Source: Phaeosaccion multiseriatum
Taxonomy: Eukaryota; Protista; Ochrophyta, other classes
Reading direction: 5' to 3'
Length of the DNA stretch: 64,000 bases
Assembly: GCA_965112735.1 (NCBI GenBank)
Contig: OZ218957.1
Coordinates: forward strand, 1,922,001-1,986,000
This document shows, piece by piece, positions 24,001 through 36,000 of this stretch. Numbering within the stretch: the first letter of the stretch is position 1; each line of letters opens with the position of its first letter. The position numbers and the translations under genes were made by a program. The notes under the pieces were generated by a model that was not told the origin of the DNA, searched no databases, and saw only the letters and a list, made by a program, of their open reading frames with translations.

Positions 24001-27000
24001 TTCAAGCAGTCCATGGGTGAGATGAAGGTGGATGTGGTGCTCAACTCACTGAGCGAGGATTTCATTTCCTTCTCACTGGACATGCTGACAGAGGGAGGCA
24101 GATTCGTCGAGATTGGGAAGCGAGGCGTGTGGAGTCATGAGCAGATGTACACCACCAGGCCCGACGTGACGTACGAGCTGCTGGCTCTGGACACCGTGAT
24201 CGAGGCTGACTTTTCGGCGGGGGAGTCTGGGTGGATTGGCCACGAGCTGCAGCATCTTGCTGACGAGTGCATGTCTGGGGCTACGCAGCCGTTGCCCGTG
24301 ACTCCCTTCGACATGCGAGGCGGGACACCCACAGCAATGGTGTCTATGATGGAAGCGCAGCACATCGGCAAGGTGGTGCTGACCAACCCCTCATATGGTG
24401 TGCCAGTTGTGTCAGATGGCACGTACGTCATCAGCGGCGGTCTGGGGGCTCTCGGCCTCGTGACGGCTCAGCACCTTGCGTCAAGGGGTGCTCGACACTT
24501 GGTACTGCTGTCAAGGAGTGGAAGCGTCGCTGAGAGTATGACTGAGCAGTGGCAGCGACTTCGAAAGACATCGCATTTGACCATCCATACTCCGACCTGT
24601 GATGTTGCTGATGCTGAGGCACTTCGGACTTGCCTGGGGGGCGTGCTGCCTGTGCTTCCCCCTGTGCGTGGTGTGGTGCATGCTGCTGGGGTGCTGGATG
24701 ATAAGCTGCTGGGAGAGCAAACGGTGGAGAGCGTGATGAACGTGTTCCGACCGAAGGTGCAGGGGGCGATAAACTTGCACGAGCTTTCTTTGGCTTGGGT
24801 GAGGGAGGAGGAGCGCGCTGCCAGCCTTGATTTCTTCGTGTGCTTCACATCCATGGCCGGAGTACTAGGGAACGCTGGACAGGCCAACTATGGTGCGGCA
24901 AATGCCGCTGTGGACGGGTTGATGCGGTACAGGCGACGCCTCGGGCTGGCAGGGACGTCATTGCAGTGGGGCCCGTGGGCTGATGTGGGCATGGCTGCCC
25001 AGCTTGACGTGGTTCAAAAGCAGTTGGAGCTTGCGGGTGTGGGCACAGTGTCAGCTGAGCTGGGTATGTCGGCCTTCGATGCGGCTGCGACGCCGTCAGC
25101 GTCTTTGGGCGATGTGGCCGTCCTGCCTGGCATGGACTGGGCCAAGTTTGCAGACAGCTTGGGGGCGTCCCACAGTCCGCCTCTACTGTCAAGCCTCGTC
25201 TCAAGGGCCGTAGCAGGAGAAGAGGGGTTGAGAAACACTATGCTGAACGAACAAGTGCGAGAGGAGCTGTTGGAGCTGTCCCCTGGAGACAGAAAACGTA
25301 TGGTGAGCCTTGCGGTGATGGACATCGCAAAGGACCTGATTTGGGAGGGTGTCGAAGAGCTGGACGCATCCACTTCGCTCATGGAGGCCGGCCTTGACTC
25401 GTTGTCGACGGTAGCTATGCGCACCCGACTCCAGGCTCGCTTTGGAGTGAATGTGACCGGCGACGTGCTCTTCTCATATCCTACGGTAGCGGCGTTAGCG
25501 ACGTGGGTCGAAGAGGCCGTGTTGGGAGAGGAAACAGACGCTGCCAGAGGTCGCTCAGCTGGCGGTGCGAGATCTGGCCCGGATCAAATGGACTCAACAG
25601 TCCCCTTGGCCGTTGTGGGTATGGCCTGCCGCTTCCCTGGCGGCGCAAGCAGCCCCGAGGCCTTCTGGTCCATGCTCTCTGCGGGTACAGACTGTATTCG
25701 AGAGGCCCCTGTTAACCGCTGGGCAGACGATAAGAATCAAAAGCAGTGGCACGGGGGATTCATTGACGGAGTGGAGATGTTCGACAATGCCTTTTTCGGC
25801 ATCTCTGCGGCCGAGGCGGGTGCCATGGACCCTCATCAGCGCGTCATGCTGGAGGTGGGGTACGAGGCTCTGCACAGGGCGGGATACCGCAAGGATACAC
25901 TACATGGCAGCAACACCGGTGTGTTCGTGGGTATGTCCGGCAGCGAGTGGGGCTCAGTGGTAGACGATGTGAATGCGTACTCCGTGATGGCCACGTCAGA
26001 CGCAAGTCCTGCTAACCGGCTGTCTTACGTGCTGGGGCTGAGGGGCGCTAGCTTCAGTGTAGACACGGCGTGCTCGTCATCATTGGTAGCATTGGACGCT
26101 GCATGCAACAGCTTGAGGCTGGGCAAGAGTGACCTCGCCGTGGTGGGCGGCGTAAACTTGCTTCTAGGCACCACAGGCTTCGAATATCTCGCAGCTGGGG
26201 GATTTCTTTCACCTGACTGGTAAGTTTGCGTCGTGCCTTGATGAGAGACTCACATATCCCCGATGACGGCGTGCAAAGTTGTAGTTTTTGTTATCTTCCT
26301 GGGAGCAAACTGCATCACCCTCATAGCCTTTGCGGCCCATCTTGTTTTCATTTGCTTGTACCCTGTTGTAATCAAGGCGCTGTAAAACCTTCGATGTATC
26401 GGCCAACGGTTACGTTCGGGGCGAGGGCTGCGGCGCTGTGGTGCTGAAGCGACTCGATGATGCAAAGGCCGATGGCGACGTCATTCTCGCACTTTTGAAT
26501 GGATCCTCCGCGAATCACAACGGGAAAAGCGTGCGATACACCGCCCCGAGCCCGCTGGCCCAGCAGGAGGTGATGAATGAGGCTCTTGCGCAGGCCGCCT
26601 TTGACGGTTTAGACATGCACTACGTTGAGGTGCACGGCACGGGCACCTCTCTTGGTGACCCCATCGAAATGAGCGCTTTGAGGGCCGTGTACGGCAAAGG
26701 TCGGGTGGAAGCGAGGCCTCTGGTGGTCGGAGCGATGAAGACGAATATCGGGCACCTAGAGGGGGCTTCCGGAATAGCTGGCGTCATCAAGGCTGTGTTG
26801 GTGCTTCAGCATGGAGCTGCCCCTCCGAATCTCAACATGAGCAAGCTCAATCCGGAGCTGCCACTGGAAGGCTTTCCAGTGACTCTACCTTCCGCCATGG
26901 TATCTCTGAGTCACGAGAGCGGGGAGCGACGTATCGCTGCAGTCAGTTCCTTCGGTGCTGGTGGTGCCAATGCACACGCTGTGCTCAGCAGCTTCGGACC

Positions 27001-30000
27001 AACGTTGGTTGAGAGGGGCGAAGTCTTGCTGCAGCTGGATGGACAGCATAGCAAGAAGCGTTCAGCGGTGGCGTTCTTGTTCACAGGACAGGGATCGCAG
27101 TACGTGGGCATGGGCAGGGAGCTGTACGAGAAGGAGGGCGTGTTCCGCGAGTGCGTGCAGCGGTGCAGCAGGCTGCTCATGGAGCGGAGCTGGCTGGACA
27201 AGTCTGTGGTGGAGCTCATGTACCCAGCGGTCGCTGAGGACGGGAAGGAGGAGGAGGAGACTGCACAAGCGATGCTGAAGGAGACACGCTACTGCCAGCC
27301 GTGCCTGTTTGTGCTGGAGTACGCCCTGTGTGAGCTGTGGAAGTCGGAGGGAGTAGAGCCGTCCATGGTGATGGGCCACAGCCTGGGCGAGGTAGTGGCG
27401 GCGTGCGTAGCCGGCGTCATGTCGCTGGAGGACGGGCTGATGCTGTCCGCCAAGAGAGGAGCCGCCATGCAGGCCTGCCCCGAGGGCGAGGGAGTGATGT
27501 TCGCAGTGAGGGCAGGCAAGGAGGCGACTTTGGCAATCATCGACGCTGCGGGGGGGGCAGGGGAGATGGTGCTGGCGTCGTCGAATGGACCGAGCGCGAG
27601 CGTGATCTCTGGAGCTCGCAGCGCTGTGGACAAGGTGGTGGAGAAGCTCACGGCAAATGGGGTGGGCTGCAAGGCCCTGGAGGTGTCGCACGCCTTCCAC
27701 TCTCCTCTGATGGAGCCCGCTGTACGTTCGCTGGAGGAGGTTCTGAGGCAGGTGTCATTCAGCGCCCCACGCATTCCCCTGGTGTCCAACGTGACGGGTG
27801 AGGTGGTGAGAGAGGAGGAGGTGACGCAGACGACGTATTGGGTGCAACACATGCTGTCGCCGGTGCTGTTCGCAGAAGGCATCCACACGCTGGTGGAGCA
27901 CTGGATGGGAGACGGGAGGGGGGCTGACCTGAGCATCGTTGAGGTGGGCCCCAACCCTGTGCTGAGCGGCATGGGAGCCAAGTGCGAGCGTCGCGAGGGG
28001 CTGGCGTGGATCTCTTCCCTCACGCGCGGGAAGAGCTGTGAGGATTCTTTTGGAGCGGCTCTGAGCACAATACAGCAGCAAAAGTGTAAGGGCAAGGAGC
28101 ACATCCTGTTCCCAACGCGCAAAGCCTTTCCTTGGTACACAGCGCGAGCCACAGCAGCACCTCAGAAGTGGAGTGAAGCGGAGCAGGGCCCGCTCTATGT
28201 TGTTGAGTGGGAGGCGGTGGAGGTGCCCACGGCCTCGCAGCAGGCGTTGCTGACCGGCAGCCTTCCGTGGCTCGTCGTGATTCCCGATGCAGCCGAAGAG
28301 CAGGACGCATGGAGCAACCACAGAGCGTTGGAAGCTATCGGAAGCGCGGCGACAGCAAGTGGCGTAGAGGTGCACATGGTGGAGGCAGTCGGTTCAGACG
28401 CGCAGCCACGTGGGGCCCATCTCTTCTACTTGACGTCAGGAACGGGCTCTGCTACCGATGGGGCAATCCACTTTGTGCAAACTGTACAGAGCTTAGACGG
28501 GGACGCGGCAGGGATGCCGATCACGGTGGTGACAACGGGAGTGTACAGCGGTGCTGGTTGGCAGGGCAGCTGGGCAGTGGGACTGGTGAGAAGTGTACGC
28601 CTGGAGCGGGGCGACCTCGATGTGAACCACATCGACCTTGAGTATGCCATGTATCCACAGTCTGAGGATGCACGACCTAGAGCAGAGAAGATGGAAGCCC
28701 AAGCTATCTCCCAGGCTGTGACGCTGGCTGCAGGAGCCCGCGACGGCGGCCGAGGCTTGGACCTACTGGTTCGAGGGTGTGAGATCCTCGCTCCGAGGCT
28801 GGTGCCCAGCACACTCCATCTGACATCGGCAGGAGGGGATCGCTTCACGTACAGGGAGGATGGGACCTACCTGATCAGCGGTGGTCTGGGGGGGCTGGGT
28901 CTGGCGACGGCGAATCACTTGGTCTCCCAGGGCGCTCGACACCTGCTCCTTCTATCTCGAAGTGGCCGGGCGGCGGAGGAAGTTTCAGAGCTGTGGCAGG
29001 CCCTGCAGAGCATGGAGAGTGTCACCGCTGTGGCCGTGGCCTGCGATGTGTCCGATATGGGCCAGCTTCGAGATGCTGTAGCAACGGCCTTGGTGGGGCT
29101 GCCTCATGTTCGGGGTGTGATTCACGCAGCGGGTGTGACTGGCGCAAAGGGAATGTTGTCGAGCGAGACGGAAGAGAACGTGCGAAATGTCTTTGCCGCC
29201 AAGATCCAGGCAGGTTGGAATCTCCACGTGCTGTGCCTTGAGTGGGCGGCGAGCGGCAGGGAGGAAGTCGACTTCTTCGCCTCGTACTCATCGACCTCCG
29301 CTTTGCTTGGCTTGTCCAATCAGAGCGCCTATGCCGGGGCCAATGCTGCTTTGGACGGGCTGATGCGGTACCGCCGACGCCAGCTTGGCCTTCCTGCTTC
29401 CAACATTCAGTGGGGCCCATGGGGCGACGTGGGTATGGCGGTGCGGCTCGGAATGGTGTCCAAAGCTGCAGACATGGCCGGAGTGGGCCTGATCTCATCG
29501 GCGCTGGGAATGAAGGCTCTGTATACCGTCCTTGCAAGTCACGCGCAAGCCAACGTGCAGGAGGTGGCCGTCATGCCGGCCATGAGATGGGGCAGGTTTC
29601 GAGCGAGTTTGGACCCGGTGCACAGCGATTTCCTCGGGCAATTGACGGACCGCGGAGAAAGTGGTGAGGCGGCAAAGGGCCTCAACGTCAACGCCGAGGT
29701 GCGGGAGGAGCTCCTGCACTTGCCGGAGTCAGCACGGCGGGAGAGGATCGAGCAAGTCCTGACGGACATTATGGTCGAGTGCGTTGGCGAGGACTTGACC
29801 ATTACATCTACGATGCCTTTGATGGAAGCCGGACTCGATTCCATGGCGTCCGTGGAGTTTGGCAAGCGAATCGAGGCCTGGTGTGGTGTCACCATGTCGA
29901 GCGGCGCCTTCTTTACGTATCCATCAGTGTCTGCAATGGCTTCATGGATCGAAGAGGAAGTGCTGGGAGCGGACTCGGGGCCGCTGAGTGAGCCTGATGA

Positions 30001-33000
30001 TCAAGCAACAGGTCTTTCGCACTACTCCTTGGATGCTGACGCCCCCGCGGCTTACCAGCAGGAGCACATGTACCTTTCGGACGTAGCACTGCGGACGACT
30101 GCCCCTGGAGGGCAGAGCGCGTACAATCTCCCAGTGGTGCTGCCGCTGCCAGTCTCGCTGATCTCCGGACGAACATCCGCTGAAATTGTGGACATGCTAG
30201 CACAAGTGTTGGGCAGCATAGTGGAGCGACATGACGTGCTCCGGACGGCGCTTGAGTGGACAAAGCAGGGCTCTCTGAGGCAGGTACAGCTTGGAACTAC
30301 GGCAGCCGCGGTGGTGTCAGCTTGTCTCTCTTCTGCCGTGGCCAGCAGTGTTGGGGCGGCTCGGAGCCTGATCGAGGCCGATATCGCTCGTACATTCGAT
30401 TTGGAGCGGAGCCAGCCTCTATGGCGTACGTTGGTCGTACACCTCCCGCAGCAGAGCGGAGTGGAGGAGCAGTATGCTGCGGTATCTACTTTCCATCATT
30501 GCATCTTTGATGGTGTATCCTACTTGCTCTTCCAGGGCGAGTTCAAGGCCACATGCGCAGCTGCCATGGCGGGGAGAGGCATTGCACAAGACCTACCGGC
30601 TCTGCCCTTCAGCTTCGCGGACTACTCCAGGTGGCAACGAGCTCGGCTGGACGGCGAAGGTCGTATTGAGGAGCTGCTTGAGTACTGGCAGGGTCAACTG
30701 GCTGGTACCAGTCCACTGCAGCTGCCTCTCCATCAGCGACATGCCCAAAAGGGCCTCATTGGAGAAATGGTGCATGAAGATATCAGTGTGGGAGGAAGTG
30801 GGAGGGTGAACTTGGTGCTACCCAATGCAGTGGTGGTCAAGTTGAGTAAACTGTGTGCGGATAGCTCCGCCACGCTGTTTGTGGGGCTCATGGGCGCGTT
30901 CCAAGTGCTGCTGGCTCGTGTGTGCGGAGCGGAGGATGTGGTGGTGGGCACTGCTCACTTCGGAAGAGACTTGGCGCAAGGCTTGGAGGGTGTGCTGGGA
31001 TGCTTCGTCAACACCCTCGCGTTCCGTCTGGGCCTGGGAGGAAGCCCCAGCTTTCGGGAGGTGCTGCTTCGCGTACAGGTCGCGTATCTGGGTGCCATGA
31101 AGCACGCCGAGGCGCCATTCCACAAGGTGGTGGAGCGGGCCCAGCTGGGCAGAGATGAGCGTGGCAAGGCGCTACAGGCATTCTTTGTACTGCAGGAGGC
31201 GGGTTTGGATATTTTGAAGGATCAGTACGCGGGTGTGGACACTTGGAAGAATAATACGACTGACATCGAGCTATGCCTTGTGCGCAGCACGGACAGTGCG
31301 TCGGACATGCACGGCAGCCTGTGCTTCAATACGGCGGTGCTCGACAAGGCCACAGTGGAGACCCTGGGGCGGAGCTTTGTGGCGCTGCTGGAGAGTGCAG
31401 TGGGCAGGCCGGGCGAGAGCGTGTGGAAGCTGAGTCTCTTGGCACACGAGGACCGTGTGAAGGTGGTGGAGACATTGAGCGGCGCTGCACTGGTGGCGGG
31501 GGGTGCAAATGGAGATGAGGAGGGAGGTGCAGAGGAAGTATCGCCACCACCGCCCCTCCTGCATGCAGCTTTCGAAGAGATGGCCTCTCGCAGTCCGGAG
31601 CAAGAAGCCTTGCACGAGTATGAGACAGGTCGGGTGATGAGCTACGGGGAGCTGAATGGGCATGCGAATGCGGTGGCATGCATGCTGCAGGGGAGGGGCG
31701 TGGGGCCGGAGTGCCTGGTGGGGGTGCTGATTGCTGGGGACTGCGTGGAGGCGGTTGTGGCAGTGCTGGGCGTGCTCAAGGCCGGGGCGGCGTACGTGCC
31801 CCTGGATCCCGAGCATCCCGACGATAGGCTGTCGATGATCGCACAAGACGCCGGGCTGAACGTCGTTCTGACAGCAGCATCTGGGGCGGACCATGTGGAA
31901 CAAGGCCCACCCTCAGGCGGTAGGTCGGCTCGCACCGTCGGAGACGCGAGCTGTGTGGATGTGAGGACCATGATGCAGCTCGAGGGGGCTGCTACGACAG
32001 TCTCTGAGGTGGAGTGCAAGGCCGTCGACATCAATGTGGCGTATGTGATATACACGTCTGGCAGCACCGGGCGACCGAAGGGTGTGGTGGTCGAGCATAG
32101 AAACGCGGCCAGCTTCATGGCGACTCTATACGAAACGATGCTCGGCACCATAGACCCTTCGTCACGGGTTCTGCAGAGCAGCGCTTTGACTTTCGACATG
32201 TCGGTGACGTTGATCTTCGGGGCTCTGTCATGCGGGGCGACGCTGTGCCTGGTGCAAAGGCTCTCCATGTTGAGCGAGCTGCCAGAGGTTGTGCGCTCGC
32301 TTGGGGTATCGATCTTGATGTGCACTCCGTCACTACTGTCCTTGCTCCCACAGCCTCATGGTGGAGAAGTGGCTTTCCCGAGTCTTCGGTCGATCGCGCT
32401 TGGGGGAGAGGCCTTACGTCAAGAGCAGGTCGAGTACTGGAAACACCGAGTGCGACTGTGGAACGGATTTGGACCCACCGAGACGACGATGGTAGTTACC
32501 TGCCACGAGTACACACCTTCTGCCGTGCCGAGCGCGTCCGTCATCGGCAAGCCCCAAGCCGGCGTGCAAGTGTATGTGGTGGACAAGCGTCTGCAGCTGG
32601 TGCCTCAGGGCGTGGAGGGCGAGCTGTGCATTGGGGGGAGACAGCTGGCGCGTGGGTACTTGAATCGCCCAGAGCTCACGTCGAAGGCCTTCATCCCCGC
32701 GCCCTTCCTGACGGATCAGCGCAGAGTGTATCGTACGGTAAGTCGAAAAGGTTGCCCATGGGTGTGCGGCTTTGTGTAGTGTACATTTGGCTTGCTTTTG
32801 GCATGCCATGCCGTGAAAAGCAGAGACCGCAGGGGGAGGTAGTTCTCTCTGTTGCCCTGTGGCACTGTTCTCCCCCCTCATCTGACGCGTCTCAAACTTA
32901 ACACGTTCTGACAGGGTGACTTGGTGCGGCAGCTGGCAGACGGATCGCTGGTGTTTAGGGGTCGCCGAGACTCTCAAGTGAAGGTGCGCGGCCATCGCAT

Positions 33001-36000
33001 TGAGCTGGGCGAGGTGGAGGCTGCCCTGCTCCATCAAGAGGGTGTGAGGAGCGCTGTGGCAGCCGTGGACAGAGAGCGTGAGACGGTTGTGGCGGCTCTG
33101 ACACCTTCTAGTGCCGAAGTTGAGATGGTTCTGCAAGGAGTGAGCAAGCTGCTACCGGCATACATGGTGCCGAGCAAGGCTGTGGCCATGGATGCTCTAC
33201 CGATGACGAGCAGCGGGAAGCAAGATGTGAAAGAGGTTCTCAGAGCCATTCGAGTGGCACATGACCATGGCCCTGGCCGGCAGCGAAGCCTAGGCGTCAG
33301 CGATGACGCACCTATGGACGCACCTATGGACGACACCACCCGTCAAGTGCTCGACATTATGCGAGAGGCCGTTGGGCGACCGGATCTGCGAGCCAGCGAC
33401 GACTGGTTCGCCGAGGGAGGTACTTCGCTTAACGCTGCAAGTGTCACTGCGCGCATCCGCGCAGAGGTGCCAGGCCTCGAGGTGAGTAGGATGGAGGGCG
33501 GTCTTTCTGCTGTGGTCGGTACTTCCAAATGGTTTGCTAATATAGATGTTGACTGTCGGATATCCTTACTCGTTGCTGTACTCAGGCGCTCCAGGTGGCG
33601 GAGATGTTCCAGACACCCACCGCGAGGGGTGTGTCTCGCTTGTGTGCGAGCAGGGAGGACACGCTTCCTGGCATGATGGTGATATCGCCTGTAGGCGACG
33701 ATTGTGAGGCTCCAGCGTCGTACCAACAGGAGCACATGCTGCTGTCGGACCTGGCGCTGCGAGCGGGCGACCCAGACGGGAGGGCGCGATACAATGTGCC
33801 CATGCTTCTACCCGTGCCCAGCTCCGAGTCGGAGAGAGAGCCCAGCGAGGTTGTGGACGGCTTGTCCCGTGCCCTGTGCGCCGTGGTGGAGCGTCACGAT
33901 GTTCTACGATTGGCGCTAGGCTGGTCACCGGAGGGGACGCTGCAGCAGGTGCGGCTGCAGACCACAGCAGCGGAGGTTGTGGCGTCAGTGCTCCTGTCCG
34001 CCGAGGCGAACAGCATCGAAGAGGCCGAGAGCGTACTATTGGCAGAGGCGGGGCGTCTGTTTGACTTGGACGAGGAAAGGCCACTCTGGCGCAGCACCAT
34101 CGTCACGCTTGCACCGCCCCAGGATGGTGAGAAGGAGCACCCGCTGGGGCCGCAAGCGGTGCTGTGTGTCTTCCACCACTCCATCATGGATGGGTGGTCG
34201 TCCAAGCTGTTCTCGCGCGAGCTGTTGGTCATGTGGGGGGCTGTCGTGTCTGGCCGAGAGGCGACGAAGGCGCTAGCAGCTCTGCCGTTTGGGTATGCAG
34301 ACTACTCCCGGTGGCAGCGGTCGCGACTGGACGGGGACAACGGCCTGGCCCTGGAGCAGCTGTTGGAGTACTGGCAGGGGCAGCTAACGGGGGCGTCTTC
34401 ACTGAACCTGCCCCTCGACCGACCGCACGGTGCTTTCGGCCCGCACCTGACGGAGACTGTAGGTCAAGATGGGATTGTGGGGGTGAACGCCGGGAGTGTC
34501 GCTGTAGTTCTGCCGGCTTCGCTGATAGTGAAGCTGAGCAATTTATGCTCGAGCAGCTCCGCCACGCTGTTTGTGGGGCTCATGGGCGCGTTCCAAGTGC
34601 TGCTGGCTCGTGTGTGCGGAGCGGAGGATGTGGTGGTGGGCACTGCGCACTTCGGAAGAGACGTGGCGCAAGGCTTGGAGGGCGTGCTGGGATGCTTCGT
34701 CAACACCCTCGCGTTCCGTCTGGGCCTGGGAGGAAGCCCCAGCTTTCGGGAGGTGCTGCTTCGCGTACAGGTCGCGTATCTGGGTGCCATGAAGCACGCC
34801 GAGGCACCGTTCCACAAGGTGGTGGAGCGGGCCCAGCTGGGCACACAGAGTGGTGGCAAGGCGCTGCAAGCCTTCTTTGTACTGCAGGAGGGAGATGCCA
34901 GCGCCGTGGAGGAGGAGGCCCTGCTGTCATCTGGAGCACGCCACAAGATCATGACGGAGGAGGCTGGAGAGCAGCAGGCCAACCACTTTAGCAAGACGGA
35001 CATCGAGCTATGCCTTGTGCGCAGCACGGACAGTGCATCGGACATGCACGGCAGCCTGTGCTTCAATACGGCGGTGCTCGACCAGGCCACAGTGGAGACC
35101 CTGGGGCGGAGCTTTGTGGCGCTGCTGGAGAGTGCAGTGGGCAGGCCGGGCGAGAGCGTGTGGAAGCTGAGTCTCTTGGCACACGAGGACCGTGTGAAGG
35201 TGGTGGAGACGTTGAGCGGCGCTGCACTGGTGGCGGGGGATGCAAATGGAGATGAGGAGGGAGGTGCAGAGGAAGCATCACCACCACCGCCCCTCCTGCA
35301 CGCGGCTTTCGAAGGGATGGCCTCTCGCAGTCCGGAGCAGGAAGCCCTGCACGAGTATGAGACGGGTCGGGTGATGAGCTACGGGGAGCTGAATGGGCAT
35401 GCGAATGCGGTGGCATGCATGCTGCAGGGGAGGGGCGTGGGGCCGGAGTGCCTGGTGGGGGTGCTGATTGCTGGGGACTGCGTGGAGGCGGTTGTGGCAG
35501 TGCTGGGCGTGCTCAAGGCCGGGGCGGCGTACGTGCCCCTGGATCCCGAGCATCCCGACGATAGGCTGTCGATGATCGCAGAAGACGCCGGGCTGAGCGT
35601 CGTTCTGACAGCAGCATCTGGGGCGGACCATGTGGAACAAGGCCTCCCCACAGGCGGTAGGTCGGCTCGCACCGTCGGAGACGCGAGCTGTGTGGATGTA
35701 AGGACCATGATGCAGCTCGAGGGGGCTGCTACGACAGTCTCTGAGGTGGAGTGCAAGGCCGTCGACATCAATGTGGCGTATGTGATATACACGTCTGGCA
35801 GCACCGGGCGACCGAAGGGTGTGGTGGTCGAGCATAGAAACGCGGCCAGCTTCATGGCGACTCTATACGAAACGATGCTCGGCACCATAGACCCTTCGTC
35901 ACGGGTTCTGCAGAGCAGCGCTTTGACTTTCGACATGTCGGTGACGTTGATCTTCGGGGCTCTGTCATGCGGGGCGACGCTGTGCCTGGTGCAAAGGCTC

